Assembly (NCBI GenBank): GCA_963705305.1
Contig: OY970067.1
Span: 1-64,000 of the forward strand
Origin: an uncultured Methylomirabilota bacterium
Lineage (GTDB): Bacteria; Methylomirabilota; Methylomirabilia; Methylomirabilales; 2-02-FULL-66-22
DNA: 64,000 nt
Direction: 5' to 3'
Part shown: positions 8,042 through 17,750 of the stretch, piece by piece
Layout of the letters: each line of letters begins with the position of its first letter
Position numbering within the stretch: position 1 is the first letter of the stretch
The notes under the pieces: model-generated
What the model was told of the DNA's origin: nothing
What the model saw: only the letters and a program-made list of their open reading frames with translations
Databases searched by the model: none
Position numbers and translations under genes: made by a program

Positions 8042-9325
8042 TCACTTCATCAGGCCGGTCAGGAGCAGGACCGACTGTGGAACGTACGTGAGGATCGCGA
8101 GGGCAACGATCTCCGCGACGATGAACGGCGCGACCTCCTTGATCAGCTTCTGCAGCGAAACCTTTGCCACGTTGGCAGTGACGAACAGCAGCATTCCAAA
8201 GGGCGGCGTGAGGAGACCGATCATCATGTTCAGAACGATCACGACGCCGAAATGGACCAGATCGATGTGGTAGTAGTGCACGAGCGGCAGAATGATCGGG
8301 AGGAACACGAACTGGGAGACGTTCACGTCCACGAGGCATCCGAGGATGAGGAAGAGGATGTTGGCCGCGAGGAGGAACACCGCCGGGCTGTGGACGACGC
8401 TGCTCATGAAGGCAACGACCTGGACCGAAACCTGCTCGGAGGTGACGATGTAGTTGAATCCATAGGCCCCTGCGATCACCAGGAAGATCGTTCCGGTCGT
8501 TCTCAGGGTGTCCAGCAGGACCTTGCCAAGAGCCTTCAGGCTCAGGGTTTGGTAGAAGAAGAATGCGACGAGCAGGGCGTAGGCGCCCGCTACCGCGGCA
8601 GCTTCCGTCGGGGTCATGACGCCGGTGTAGATCCCGACAAGAAGGATGACCGGCGTGAGAAGCGCCGGGATGGCCTTAAAGGTGCTGTGCGCAAAATGCT
8701 TGAAGGCCACCTTTTCGCCGAGCGGGTAGTTGCGCTTGCGGGCGATGTACCAGACGTAGATGCCGATCACGATGCAGAGGAGGATCGCCGGCACCATGCC
8801 GCCCAGGAACATCTTGCCCACAGAAGCCCCGGAGAGCATGGCGTAGATGACGAAGGGAATGGAGGGGGGGAAGATGGGCCCGAGCACTGCCGTGGCGGCG
8901 GTGAGCGCAGAGGCGAAAGGAACGTCATACCCTTCCTTTTTCATCTGCCCAATCTCGAGCACCCCGAGCCCGGACGCCTCGGCAAGCGCGCTCCCGGTCA
9001 TCCCTGCGAAGATCAGGGATGCCAGGATGCAGACGTAGCCGGTTGCGCCATGCCGACGCCCGATCACGGCCCGGGCAAAGTCAAACACTTTGTCCGTCAC
9101 CATGCTCGCGTTCATTGCATTGGCCGTGAAAATGAAGAGGGGAATGGCAATGAGGATATAGGCGTCGACGAGGCCATAGCATATCGAATTGACCAATATG
9201 CTGAGGTTCACCCCTTTGGCGACAAAATAGGCCATTGAGCCCACGATGAGGCCCAACCCGATGGGCATTCGCAGGACGAAGGCAAGGATGAGGAAGAAAA
9301 AGGGGATTGCGAGGTACCAGCTCAT
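8042..9325 (-). CDS. dctM: TRAP transporter large permease
   Basis: AIPLFI, GPIFPPSIP and GLLTPPFG motifs. Confidence 0.95.
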   Translation of the reverse strand: MSWYLAIPFFFLILAFVLRMPIGLGLIVGSMAYFVAKGVNLSILVNSICYGLVDAYILIAIPLFIFTANAMNASMVTDKVFDFARAVIGRRHGATGYVCILASLIFAGMTGSALAEASGLGVLEIGQMKKEGYDVPFASALTAATAVLGPIFPPSIPFVIYAMLSGASVGKMFLGGMVPAILLCIVIGIYVWYIARKRNYPLGEKVAFKHFAHSTFKAIPALLTPVILLVGIYTGVMTPTEAAAVAGAYALLVAFFFYQTLSLKALGKVLLDTLRTTGTIFLVIAGAYGFNYIVTSEQVSVQVVAFMSSVVHSPAVFLLAANILFLILGCLVDVNVSQFVFLPIILPLVHYYHIDLVHFGVVIVLNMMIGLLTPPFGMLLFVTANVAKVSLQKLIKEVAPFIVAEIVALAILTYVPQSVLLLTGLMK

Positions 9326-9855
9326 ATCAGTGCATCCGTGTCTTTCTTGTCAGTATGGTAGGTCTGAACGTACGTGCGATTTCTGAAGGCCTTAACGTCC
9401 AGGACAAAGTAGTAGACGAAGCGAATCACGGTGGAAACCATCAGGATGATCAAGCTGACGAAGAAAACCTGCTCCGGTATCCTCATGATCGAGGTCTTCG
9501 AGGGTAGCTCCATGATGTACAGGGTGGACGTGGGGAGTGCCGCGACGAAGAACACAGTCACGATCGCGCTCCCGATCAGGCGGAAAATGTTCTGGCCTCG
9601 GGGAGACAGCCTGTTGTAGACCAGGTCGAAAACGACGTGGTCATCCTTTCGATAGGCAGCACTGGCTCCCAGGAGCCCGATCGCAACGAAAGAGTAAACG
9701 CAGAACTCGAACATCCAGTTCTGGGGATCCCGAAGGACATACCGGAAGAAGACGTTGGCCAGGAACGCGAGAAACAGCAAGATGAACATTGCGATCGGCA
9801 GGTACACCTCGATGCTGTCGACAGCCAGCCGAGCGGTTTTCTTCAAGTAGCTCAT
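9322..9855 (-). CDS. dctQ: TRAP transporter small permease
   Basis: 4 TM helices, VFFRYVL and HVVFDLV motifs; ATGA overlap with dctM. Confidence 0.9.
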   Translation of the reverse strand: MSYLKKTARLAVDSIEVYLPIAMFILLFLAFLANVFFRYVLRDPQNWMFEFCVYSFVAIGLLGASAAYRKDDHVVFDLVYNRLSPRGQNIFRLIGSAIVTVFFVAALPTSTLYIMELPSKTSIMRIPEQVFFVSLIILMVSTVIRFVYYFVLDVKAFRNRTYVQTYHTDKKDTDALI

Positions 9856-9889
9856 CGCCAATACGCCTGCTCTCTGTCCGTTTGCCTAT

Positions 9890-9924
9890 AGAAAACAGGC
9901 GCTGCTCTGCAGCGCCTGTTTTCT
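9890..9924 (-). terminator. perfect 16-bp stem-loop between dctP and dctQ
   Basis: AGAAAACAGGCGCTGC-TCT-GCAGCGCCTGTTTTCT. Confidence 0.75.
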
Positions 9925-9941
9925 TGATTGCGATCTCTGTG

Positions 9942-10940
9942 CTACTTCAGGGCCTGGACCTTTGCGTACAGATCCATGTCCCAGGTTTTCGTGAGTCCGT
10001 TGTCCTTGTAGTACTTCAGGGAATGCTGCTGGAATGCGTTGACGTCCGGGTTCGTGAAGGTCACCCCGAGGCCCTTCAGCGTGTCGATGAGCTTCGCCTC
10101 CTGGTCATAGGTGGCCTTGTTGCCCTGCGCCGCCTCGCGCATCCACTGCTGCTGCTGCGGCGTCATGGCGTTCCAAACCTTGTTGGTGACGGAGAGGAGC
10201 TTTACGTCAATGATGTGCTTCGTGAGGCTGATCTGCTTGGCAACCTCGTAGAACTTCATGGCATAGGTGCCGGGGAGCGGGTTGTCCTGGGCGTCGACCG
10301 TGCCAGTCTGCAGAGCGGTGTAGGTCTCAGCATAGGCGATGGGGGTGACGTTCGCGCCAAGCGACCTGCCCGCGTTGATCCAGTCCGGCTGGTTGGGCAT
10401 GCGGAGGTTCATACCCTTCATGTCATCCGGAGTGATGATCGGCTTCGTCCACTTCGTGTTGATCACCCGCGAGCCCTGCGTCATCGCTGCTAGGGGTGTA
10501 TACCCGCACGCATCAGAGACCTTCTTGTAGAAGTCCGCCGCGACCTTTGAATCCGGCGCAAAGACCTTCTCCATGTGCCGATAGCTCGTGAAGATGTACG
10601 GCGCTGCGAACATGCCGGCTGCAGGGAGATAGGGCCCCATGTCCTGGAAAGCCAGAGTCGACAGGTCCAGATCCCCGTGCATGATTGCCGCGACTTCGCC
10701 CTGCTGGGTGAAGAGCGTGCCGCTTGCGTAGACCTGCACCTTGATCTGGCCGCCGGACAGCTCTTCAATCTTCTTGGCGAATGCCGATTGGGTGATGCCC
10801 TGCGGATGCTCTGGAGCTTCGAGCTGATTGTATTTCAGCACGAAGGTCTTTGCTGCTGCCGCTGTCGCGCCCTGGGCATTTGCCATTGCAAATGCGGCGA
10901 CGACAGTCAGACACACCGCTGCCAAAAGAAGCTTTTTCAT
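9942..10940 (-). CDS. dctP: TRAP substrate-binding protein
   Basis: Signal peptide; GMNLRMP and YTALQTGTVDAQDNP motifs. Confidence 0.93.
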   Translation of the reverse strand: MKKLLLAAVCLTVVAAFAMANAQGATAAAAKTFVLKYNQLEAPEHPQGITQSAFAKKIEELSGGQIKVQVYASGTLFTQQGEVAAIMHGDLDLSTLAFQDMGPYLPAAGMFAAPYIFTSYRHMEKVFAPDSKVAADFYKKVSDACGYTPLAAMTQGSRVINTKWTKPIITPDDMKGMNLRMPNQPDWINAGRSLGANVTPIAYAETYTALQTGTVDAQDNPLPGTYAMKFYEVAKQISLTKHIIDVKLLSVTNKVWNAMTPQQQQWMREAAQGNKATYDQEAKLIDTLKGLGVTFTNPDVNAFQQHSLKYYKDNGLTKTWDMDLYAKVQALK

Positions 10941-11158
10941 CTCTTTACCCCCTTTGAAAAGGAAGTCTGATTATGCCCACGGTATTTTTTAATGCTATCA
11001 TGAATATGACCGTTGTCAAAGCGCACAGACCGGCCGACTTTGATGGCGGGGAGCCTGTTCCTCATCCGCCAGCCCCGTCCGGCCAAAGACCTTGGGGAGA
11101 GCCCAAGGTACTCGGTCGCCCCTTGGATCGTCAGGACCCGTTCTCGTGGCGATGGCAC
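10937..11158 (-). pseudogene. excisionase-like HTH gene, homology lost near 11015
   Basis: VLTIQGATEYLGLSPRSL...LPAIKVGRSVRFD followed by unrelated AT-rich sequence. Confidence 0.65.
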
Positions 11159-11240
11159 CTTCTTTCCGTGGTCGTCTCTCGGGAGCCGAGCCCCCTCCGG
11201 TCTCCGCGGCTCACCCGCGAGCGCCACAACGTCCGCCGGA

Positions 11241-11263
11241 GAAAATGATACAGAAAATGATAC
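11241..11263. repeat. tandem 11-bp direct repeat (integrase arm-site-like)
   Basis: GAAAATGATAC-A-GAAAATGATAC. Confidence 0.5.
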
Positions 11264-11354
11264 CGGACACCTTTATGAAGCTAAGTGCTTGAATTTCTTG
11301 GAAGGTGCTTTCAATTCTTGGCGGGCGGCCCTCGGCTCAATGGCTCCCGGAACA

Positions 11355-11389
11355 ACGAAAGGCCACCCGGACTGCGGGTGGCCTTTCGT
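11355..11389. terminator. intrinsic terminator, 15-bp stem
   Basis: ACGAAAGGCCACCCG-GACTG-CGGGTGGCCTTTCGT, downstream of the transketolase genes. Confidence 0.8.
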
Positions 11390-11417
11390 CTATGACTTCA
11401 AGGTATGGCGGCGGGCG

Positions 11418-12362
11418 CTAGCGCCCGACCAGGCTCCGGGCCTTCTGGACGATCGCATCCACCGACATCCCGTACTTGGCGAGGAGCGCCCCGTACTCGC
11501 CCGACTCCGTAAAACGATCCTGGACGGCCACGTAATCCATCTTCGTCGGGGCGTGCTTGGCCAGCGCCTCGGCCACGGCGCCGCCCAACCCCCCGTAGAG
11601 GGTGTGCTCCTCCACGGCCAGCAGCTTCCCGGTCTTCCGGGCCGACGTCACCAGGGTTTCGACGTCCAGGGGCTTGAGCGTGGAGATCTCCAAGAGGTCC
11701 GCGGAGATCCCCGCCTGGGCCAGCCGGTCCGCGGCGTCCATGGCCATGGCGGTGAGGACGCCGTTGACCCCAATCGTGAGATCCGCGCCGTCCCGCAGCT
11801 TGCGGATCTTCCCCAGCTCCAGCGGGGGCGCGCCCTCGAATAGGACCGGGGATTCGTTCCGGCTGATCCGGAGGAATGTCGGGCCGTTCCGCCGGAGAGC
11901 CAGGACCAGGGCCTGACGCACCTCGACCGCGTCCGCCGGGACCACCACCGCCATGTTCGGCATGGGGCGCATCATGGCCACGTCCAGGATGGCCTGATGG
12001 GTGGCCCCGTCGTAGGAATCCGACAGGCCCCCGTACGTTCCCGCCAGCACCACGGGCAGGTTGTTGTAGCAGATGGTGTTCCGGATCTGGTCGGCTCCCT
12101 TCAGCGTCAGGAACAGCGAGAAGGTGTTCACCACCGGCCGCAGGCCGCAGGTGGCCATCCCCGCCCCGATATCCACCATGTTGGCCTCGGCCACCCCCAC
12201 ATTGAAGAACCGGCTGGGGTGCGCCTTGGCGAAGGCGTTGGTCTTGGTGCTGGCGGACACGTCCGCATCCAGCACCACCATTTCGGGGAACTCTCCCGCC
12301 AGGTCCACCAGCGCCTGGCCGAAGGCGTCGCGCATAGCAACGGCTTTGATCGCGGTATTCAC
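11418..12362 (-). CDS. transketolase C-terminal subunit
   Basis: MRDAFGQAL, NVGVAEANM, DGATHQ and VEEH motifs; GTGA overlap with upstream gene. Confidence 0.92.
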   Translation of the reverse strand: MNTAIKAVAMRDAFGQALVDLAGEFPEMVVLDADVSASTKTNAFAKAHPSRFFNVGVAEANMVDIGAGMATCGLRPVVNTFSLFLTLKGADQIRNTICYNNLPVVLAGTYGGLSDSYDGATHQAILDVAMMRPMPNMAVVVPADAVEVRQALVLALRRNGPTFLRISRNESPVLFEGAPPLELGKIRKLRDGADLTIGVNGVLTAMAMDAADRLAQAGISADLLEISTLKPLDVETLVTSARKTGKLLAVEEHTLYGGLGGAVAEALAKHAPTKMDYVAVQDRFTESGEYGALLAKYGMSVDAIVQKARSLVGR

Positions 12363-13264
12363 AGGACGGCCTCCAGTTTCGCCAGCGTTTTCAGGAGTTG
12401 GGGTCGGCCCTTGGCATAGGTCTCCGGATCGATGACGGCGCCATGAAACTTGTGTGTGTTCTCGGTGAACGAGATGCCGCGCCCCTTCACCGTCTTGTAG
12501 ACGACCGCGACAGGCCAATCCTTCTGCTCGCGAATCCACTCGAACGACTGCCGGATCTCCGGGATCCGATGCCCGTTCCACATCTTGGCCGACACGTTCC
12601 AGCCGAACGCCTTGAACTTCTTGACGATGGGGTCCAGGGGCATGATCTCGCTGCTGGGACCGTCCAGCTGGAACCGGTTGTAGTCGATGAGGGCCACCAG
12701 CCGCTGCGGCTTGAACTTGGCCGCCGCCATGATCCCTTCCCAGGTCTGCCCCTCGTCTAGGCACCCCTCGCCCATGATGACGTAGGTCCAGTAACTCCTG
12801 CCCTGGAGACGGGCGGCCAGGGCCATGCCGAGCCCCACCGACATGCCGTGGCCCAGGGCCCCGGTGGACATGTCCACCCCCGGCGTCTCGTTCATACAGG
12901 GATGGCCCTGCAGCCGGCTGTCGAGCTGCCGGAAGGTCTTCAGCTCGTGGACCGGAAAGAACCCCCGGTTGGCCAGCACGGCATAGAGAATGGCCGAGGC
13001 GTGGCCCTTGCTCAGGACCAACCGGTCGCGGTCGGCCCAGCGCGGCTCGTTCGGCCTGACGTTCATCACATCGAAATAGAGCGTCGTCAGGAGCTCCGCC
13101 GCCGAGGAGGCGCCGCCCCAGTGCCCCGTCCCCTTCTCGTGCAGGAGATCGAACACGTCCAGACGCAGCTTTTGCGCCAGGTACTGCAGCATGGCCGCCT
13201 TCCGCCCGCGGTTCGTCTCCGCGAGGACGGCTGCCGGCTCTACCCGCGATTCCACCGCCGTCAT
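12359..13264 (-). CDS. transketolase N-terminal subunit
   Basis: DRLVLSKGH, LQGHP, STGALGHG and GEGCLDEGQTWE motifs. Confidence 0.93.
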   Translation of the reverse strand: MTAVESRVEPAAVLAETNRGRKAAMLQYLAQKLRLDVFDLLHEKGTGHWGGASSAAELLTTLYFDVMNVRPNEPRWADRDRLVLSKGHASAILYAVLANRGFFPVHELKTFRQLDSRLQGHPCMNETPGVDMSTGALGHGMSVGLGMALAARLQGRSYWTYVIMGEGCLDEGQTWEGIMAAAKFKPQRLVALIDYNRFQLDGPSSEIMPLDPIVKKFKAFGWNVSAKMWNGHRIPEIRQSFEWIREQKDWPVAVVYKTVKGRGISFTENTHKFHGAVIDPETYAKGRPQLLKTLAKLEAVL

Positions 13265-13600
13265 TTGATACCCCTTTCTTCAAAGCAAACGAAGGGTCGC
13301 CCCGCACAACGGTCGGGGCCCTGCCGGACACAGCAGTCCCCGCGCATGCCGCTGGGATATCCCTGCAAGGGAGACCGGCCCTCTGGCTGGACCTGGAGGG
13401 AACCGACCGTGTCTAGTTTTCCGCGTTCGGCCTGTCGGGTCAACCTCCGACTGGCGGGGTTATGCAATTCCGGACAATGCGCGGATTAACCCTGATCCGA
13501 AAGAACTGTTGAACCGCCATGATGCCAAGATCGCCCCTTTCAATTTCGAAATTCGAATTTTCCCTTGGCGACTTGGCGGTGAGGTATTTTCGGAATGGGG

Positions 13601-14353
13601 CTAGGCGATCCCCCGCCCCCCGTCCACCTGCAGCGTGATCCCCGTCGCCATGTCCGAATCGGCCGAGGCCAGGAACACGGCGGCGCCGACCAGGTCCCCC
13701 GGGTCCATCACCTTGCCGAGCGGGATGCGGGCGACCCGCATCTTCAGGAAACTCTCGTCGTCCAGGTCCTTCCGGTTGATGTCGGTCCGGGTGATTCCGG
13801 GCGCCAGCGCATTGACCCGGATGCCGTGCGCCGCCAGCTCGAGGGCCATGCACTTCGTCAGCATGGCCACCCCGGCCTTGGAGACGCAGTACGCTGTCAT
13901 CCGCTGGGCCGGAAAGCCGGCCGCCTCGGAGGACACGTTGATGATCTTCCCGCGCCCCCGCTCTTTCATCTTCCGGGCCGCCGCTTGGCCGACCAGGAAG
14001 TAGCCCTTCAGGTTCACGTCCAGCATCCAGCTCCAGTCCGCCTCCTCCAGGTCCAGGAAGAAGACCCGCCTTTGCACCCCGGCATTGTTGACCAGGACGT
14101 TGATCGGCCCCAGCCGGTTCGTGACCTCTTCCACCATGGCTCGGACCTGGTCCTGTCGCGAGGTGTCGGCTCGGACGGCCAGCGCCCGCCGCCCCAGGAC
14201 CTCGATCTCCCGCGCCGTGCGTTCCGCCTCCTCACTGTGGCTCACGTAGTTCACGGCCACGTGCGCCCCCTCGCGTGCGAAGCCCAACGCAATGGCGCGA
14301 CCGATGCTGCGCGATCCTCCCGTGACCAAGGCCACCTGCCCTTCGAGCTTCAT
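13601..14353 (-). CDS. SDR family oxidoreductase
   Basis: TGGSRSIG, NNAG, YCVSK. Confidence 0.92.
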   Translation of the reverse strand: MKLEGQVALVTGGSRSIGRAIALGFAREGAHVAVNYVSHSEEAERTAREIEVLGRRALAVRADTSRQDQVRAMVEEVTNRLGPINVLVNNAGVQRRVFFLDLEEADWSWMLDVNLKGYFLVGQAAARKMKERGRGKIINVSSEAAGFPAQRMTAYCVSKAGVAMLTKCMALELAAHGIRVNALAPGITRTDINRKDLDDESFLKMRVARIPLGKVMDPGDLVGAAVFLASADSDMATGITLQVDGGRGIA

Positions 14354-14560
14354 GACGTGCCTCCTTCTCTCGCGGATGGATTCCCCGGGATACAGCATTG
14401 CCATGGAGGAGAGCACGCGGCAGCGCCTCCCCTCGGAACGATCCGCAGACCTATACGACTGGACGAAACCCTCTGTCAACCTCAATCATGAGTGGGCCTA
14501 TGGCTGTGGCCAGGGAACGGCCTGCGCTTTCCCGTGCGTCGGTGCGGGCCCCGGCCGCAC

Positions 14561-16087
14561 TCACTCAGGCTGGAAAAGCCGCGGGTCCATGCCCGGGATC
14601 CGCGGAGGGACGACGAGAGGGAACTCCGCCTGGGGAAGGATGTGGACCGCGGGATCGATGCCGGGGGCGATCTCAATCAGCTCCAAGCCCTGCGGGGTCA
14701 GGCGGAACACGCCCCGCTCCGTGACGTAGAGGACCTGCTGCCCTTTCTCTAGGGCGGCCCTGCCGCTGAAGGTGATCTGCTCCACGTGGCGGACGAACTT
14801 CTTCACCTTTCCTTCCTTGCGGATGACGACTTCCCCGTTGAGCAGTTCCTCTTCCAACCCGCCGGCCGTGAAGGTGCCGCAGAAGACGATCTTCTTCGTC
14901 CGGTGGCAGATGTTGCAGAAGCCACCGCTCCCCGGCACCATGGGGCCGAACTTGCTGACATTGACATTCCCCTCCTGATCGACCTGCGCCAGCCCCAAAA
15001 GGGTGATGTCCAGGAGGCCCCCGTCATACAGGTCGAACACGAAGGTAGAGTCCATCAGGATGTCGGGGTTGGCGCTGGGTCCGAACGTGTCCATCCCGTC
15101 CGGCAGGCCCCCCACCGGCCCGTGCTCGATGCTGAATGCGGCCCGCTCGTGCAGCCTTCGCGGGAACCCCAAGGCGGGGATCATGGCGGGAATCCCATAG
15201 CCAAGGTTGACCAGCTGTCCGTCCCGGATCTCCTGCATCGCGCGCCGCGCAATAGCCGATCCAACGGTCAGCGGCACCGGATCCGGATGCAGGAGGGCCC
15301 GCACCTCTCCGGAGAGCTCCGGCCGCTCGCCACTGACCATCTGCGGCTGGGCCGGATTCACCACGATCGCATCCACCAGCCGTCCCGGAACCGCTGTCAG
15401 GCGCGGATGCACGCTCCCTGACTCCACTTGCCGCTTCACCTGCGCGATGACCTTCCCCCCGAAATGCCTGGCGGCTACAGCCAGAGTATAGATCCCCAGC
15501 GAGGCCGGCTCATGTTCCACCGAGATGTTTCCCTGCGGGTCTGCCGACGTGCCGCGAATAATGGCCGCATCGAGCCGCAGGCTAGGATAGAAGAGCCATT
15601 CCCGGCCGGCCAATCCGACCACCTCGCAGAGCGCCCCCTTGGCCGCCCCGTTGGCCCGCCCCCCCTCGACTCGTGGATCCAGATAGGTGTGAAGCCCAAC
15701 GTCGGTGAGCAGGCCTGGCCGCCCAGCCCCGCTCTCGCGCAGCCAGTGGAAGATCGTGCCAATGGGCAGGTTATAGGCCTCCACCCGGTCCTGCCTGATC
15801 ATGCTCGTGATCTCGTAGTCGGCGAAGATGCTGAACGAGCCCCCGATCACCCGCCGCATCAGGCCGTCATGGGCGAAACGGTTGATGCCAGATCCTTTCC
15901 GGCCGGCCACCATCACCGGATGGATCACGGTCAGATCCCGCGGGTGGCCGTCCTGAAGAAAGCGGGCTTCGATCCCCTGCAGGACCGTATCCGGCTCAAG
16001 CATGGACAGGCAGCCGCACAACGCGACGGTCCCGCCGTCCGGGATCAGGTGCGCAGCATCCGCCGCCGTGACAATTCGTGGCGCCAT
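14561..16087 (-). CDS. acyl-CoA:acetate/3-ketoacid CoA transferase (YdiF/Pct-like)
   Basis: VNLGYGIP, SIEHG, GNVNVSKFG, GSGGF, YVTERGVF. Confidence 0.9.
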   Translation of the reverse strand: MAPRIVTAADAAHLIPDGGTVALCGCLSMLEPDTVLQGIEARFLQDGHPRDLTVIHPVMVAGRKGSGINRFAHDGLMRRVIGGSFSIFADYEITSMIRQDRVEAYNLPIGTIFHWLRESGAGRPGLLTDVGLHTYLDPRVEGGRANGAAKGALCEVVGLAGREWLFYPSLRLDAAIIRGTSADPQGNISVEHEPASLGIYTLAVAARHFGGKVIAQVKRQVESGSVHPRLTAVPGRLVDAIVVNPAQPQMVSGERPELSGEVRALLHPDPVPLTVGSAIARRAMQEIRDGQLVNLGYGIPAMIPALGFPRRLHERAAFSIEHGPVGGLPDGMDTFGPSANPDILMDSTFVFDLYDGGLLDITLLGLAQVDQEGNVNVSKFGPMVPGSGGFCNICHRTKKIVFCGTFTAGGLEEELLNGEVVIRKEGKVKKFVRHVEQITFSGRAALEKGQQVLYVTERGVFRLTPQGLELIEIAPGIDPAVHILPQAEFPLVVPPRIPGMDPRLFQPE

Positions 16088-16295
16088 CCCCGATCTCCTC
16101 TTCGCCCTTCGGAAATTTCGATCAAGGGAGCCGAATCGACGCATCAGCCCTGGCGGACCCAGGCGCCAAGGGACTGGAGCAAGAAGCAATCCCCCCACAC
16201 GATCTCATGATCGGTATCCAACCCGCCTTCCGGTTGTAGCAGCTATGGAGTGGCATGCCGGGCGGGCGCCGGGCGGTTTTATCGAAGCGGCGACC

Positions 16296-17060
16296 TCAAT
16301 GCAGCCACAACCCCCCGGTGACGTTCATGGATTGGCCGGTCATATAGGCGGCCTCGGGGGAAGCCAGGAAGGCTACCGCGTTGGCGATGTCCTCTGGCGT
16401 GGCCAGCCGGCCCAGCGGAATCGTCTTCGCCCGCTCGGCCGACGGCGGCAGTCCGAACGCCAGCCCCTGCCGCTCCACTTCCGCCCGCATGGGGGTTCCT
16501 GCAACGATGCCTGGGCAGACCGCATTGACGCGGACGCCAAACTGGGCGACTTCTCGGGCCCATGCCTGCGTGAGCGAGATGACCGCCGCCTTCGTCGCGC
16601 TGTAGGCCCCGAAGTTGGGCGCCCCCAGCTTGCCGTTCCAGGATGAGATATTCACGATGCTCCCGTGCCGCCGCCCGATCATGCCGGGGAGTACCGCCTG
16701 CGAGCAGAAGAAGACACCATCCACGTTCACCCGGAACAGCTCGCGCCAGTCCGCTTCCGGAAAATCCACCAAGGGTCCCAGGCGTGCGACGCCCGCATTG
16801 TTTACCAGCAGGTCGATTTTGCCCAAGCCGCGGACCCCCTCCTCCATCATCCGAAACGCGTCCGCCCGCTCTCTCACGTCTCCGGCCACAGCCACTGCCT
16901 TGCGCCCCACCCGGCACAGCTCGCCGGCCGCGCGCTCTGCACCAGCTTTATCCAGATCGGCAACTGCAATATTGTATCCCGCCTTCGCCAATCGAGACGC
17001 GATCGCGAATCCGATCCCTGCCGCACCCCCCGTCACCACTGCCACTTTTGTCTCAGGCAC
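16296..17060 (-). CDS. SDR family oxidoreductase
   Basis: TGGAAGIG, NNAG, YSATK; AAGGAGG RBS before GTG. Confidence 0.92.
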   Translation of the reverse strand: MPETKVAVVTGGAAGIGFAIASRLAKAGYNIAVADLDKAGAERAAGELCRVGRKAVAVAGDVRERADAFRMMEEGVRGLGKIDLLVNNAGVARLGPLVDFPEADWRELFRVNVDGVFFCSQAVLPGMIGRRHGSIVNISSWNGKLGAPNFGAYSATKAAVISLTQAWAREVAQFGVRVNAVCPGIVAGTPMRAEVERQGLAFGLPPSAERAKTIPLGRLATPEDIANAVAFLASPEAAYMTGQSMNVTGGLWLH

Positions 17061-17099
17061 ACTTGCCTCCTTTAGGACCATAGCCGATCAGATAGTCAG

Positions 17100-17734
17100 C
17101 CACTACCGGCAGAGCCGGTGGGTTCAAAGACATGAACCCCTCAAAGCGGCTGGTAACCCTGGTGTTGCCTGAAGGCAGCACTGCCCTTCGAGCATGCGCA
17201 ATTGGTCGAGGCGCTGGTTTTCCTCCTCTTACCTTCGGATGTACCCCCGAATGGCGGCCTCGTCTCGCCCCACGGTGGAGACCGGTAGACCCCGTGCCCA
17301 AATGTTCCAAAAGTGGTCACCTGTGAAGTTCTGTCGTCACCCGATGTAACCGCGTGCGATGTGGATGGCGCTGTTCCCTTTGATGGACCGCACGATCTGC
17401 GCACCGGCATACTTCGGCCAAACCGACAGGAGAACGCGGGCGTGCTCGGCCAGCGTGCACCCTTCCTCCACCGAGGATTCCCGTTGTCTCGCCAGCTCCC
17501 GAAGCACACCACCCAGGTGACGTCGGAACTGCCCGTACAGCACCTTCCAGCTGTACCTCGCGATCCAAACGATATGGTATTCGAACGGCCGTCTGGGGTG
17601 GGTTACGCGTGGGCCTCCTCCATCGAAAGCCTCTCGTCGTTGCGCGATTTAAGCGATTCACCGCGCGAGAGGCTTTCCGATTTTCCTGGACCTGTCAGAC
17701 TCTGGAAGTCACCCTGCAGAGCCGGAGGTTTCCC
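17100..17734 (-). mobile_element. tnpA: IS200/IS605-family relic with degenerate tnpA
   Basis: YHIVWIARY..VLYGQFRRHLG..IKGNSAIHIAR..WARG..VSTVGRDE with stops and frameshifts; subterminal hairpins sharing GCAGAGCCGG near 17109 and 17716. Confidence 0.85.
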
Positions 17735-17750
17735 TCGAACCCACGGCCGC

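Noticed and set aside
11418..13331. 637-aa fused transketolase ORF from the ORF track
   Set aside because: The upstream half is an alternative frame over the N-terminal subunit; the real start is GTG at 12362.
13270..13595. Possible TPP riboswitch upstream of transketolase
   Set aside because: No CUGAGA or ACCUGA core motifs visible.
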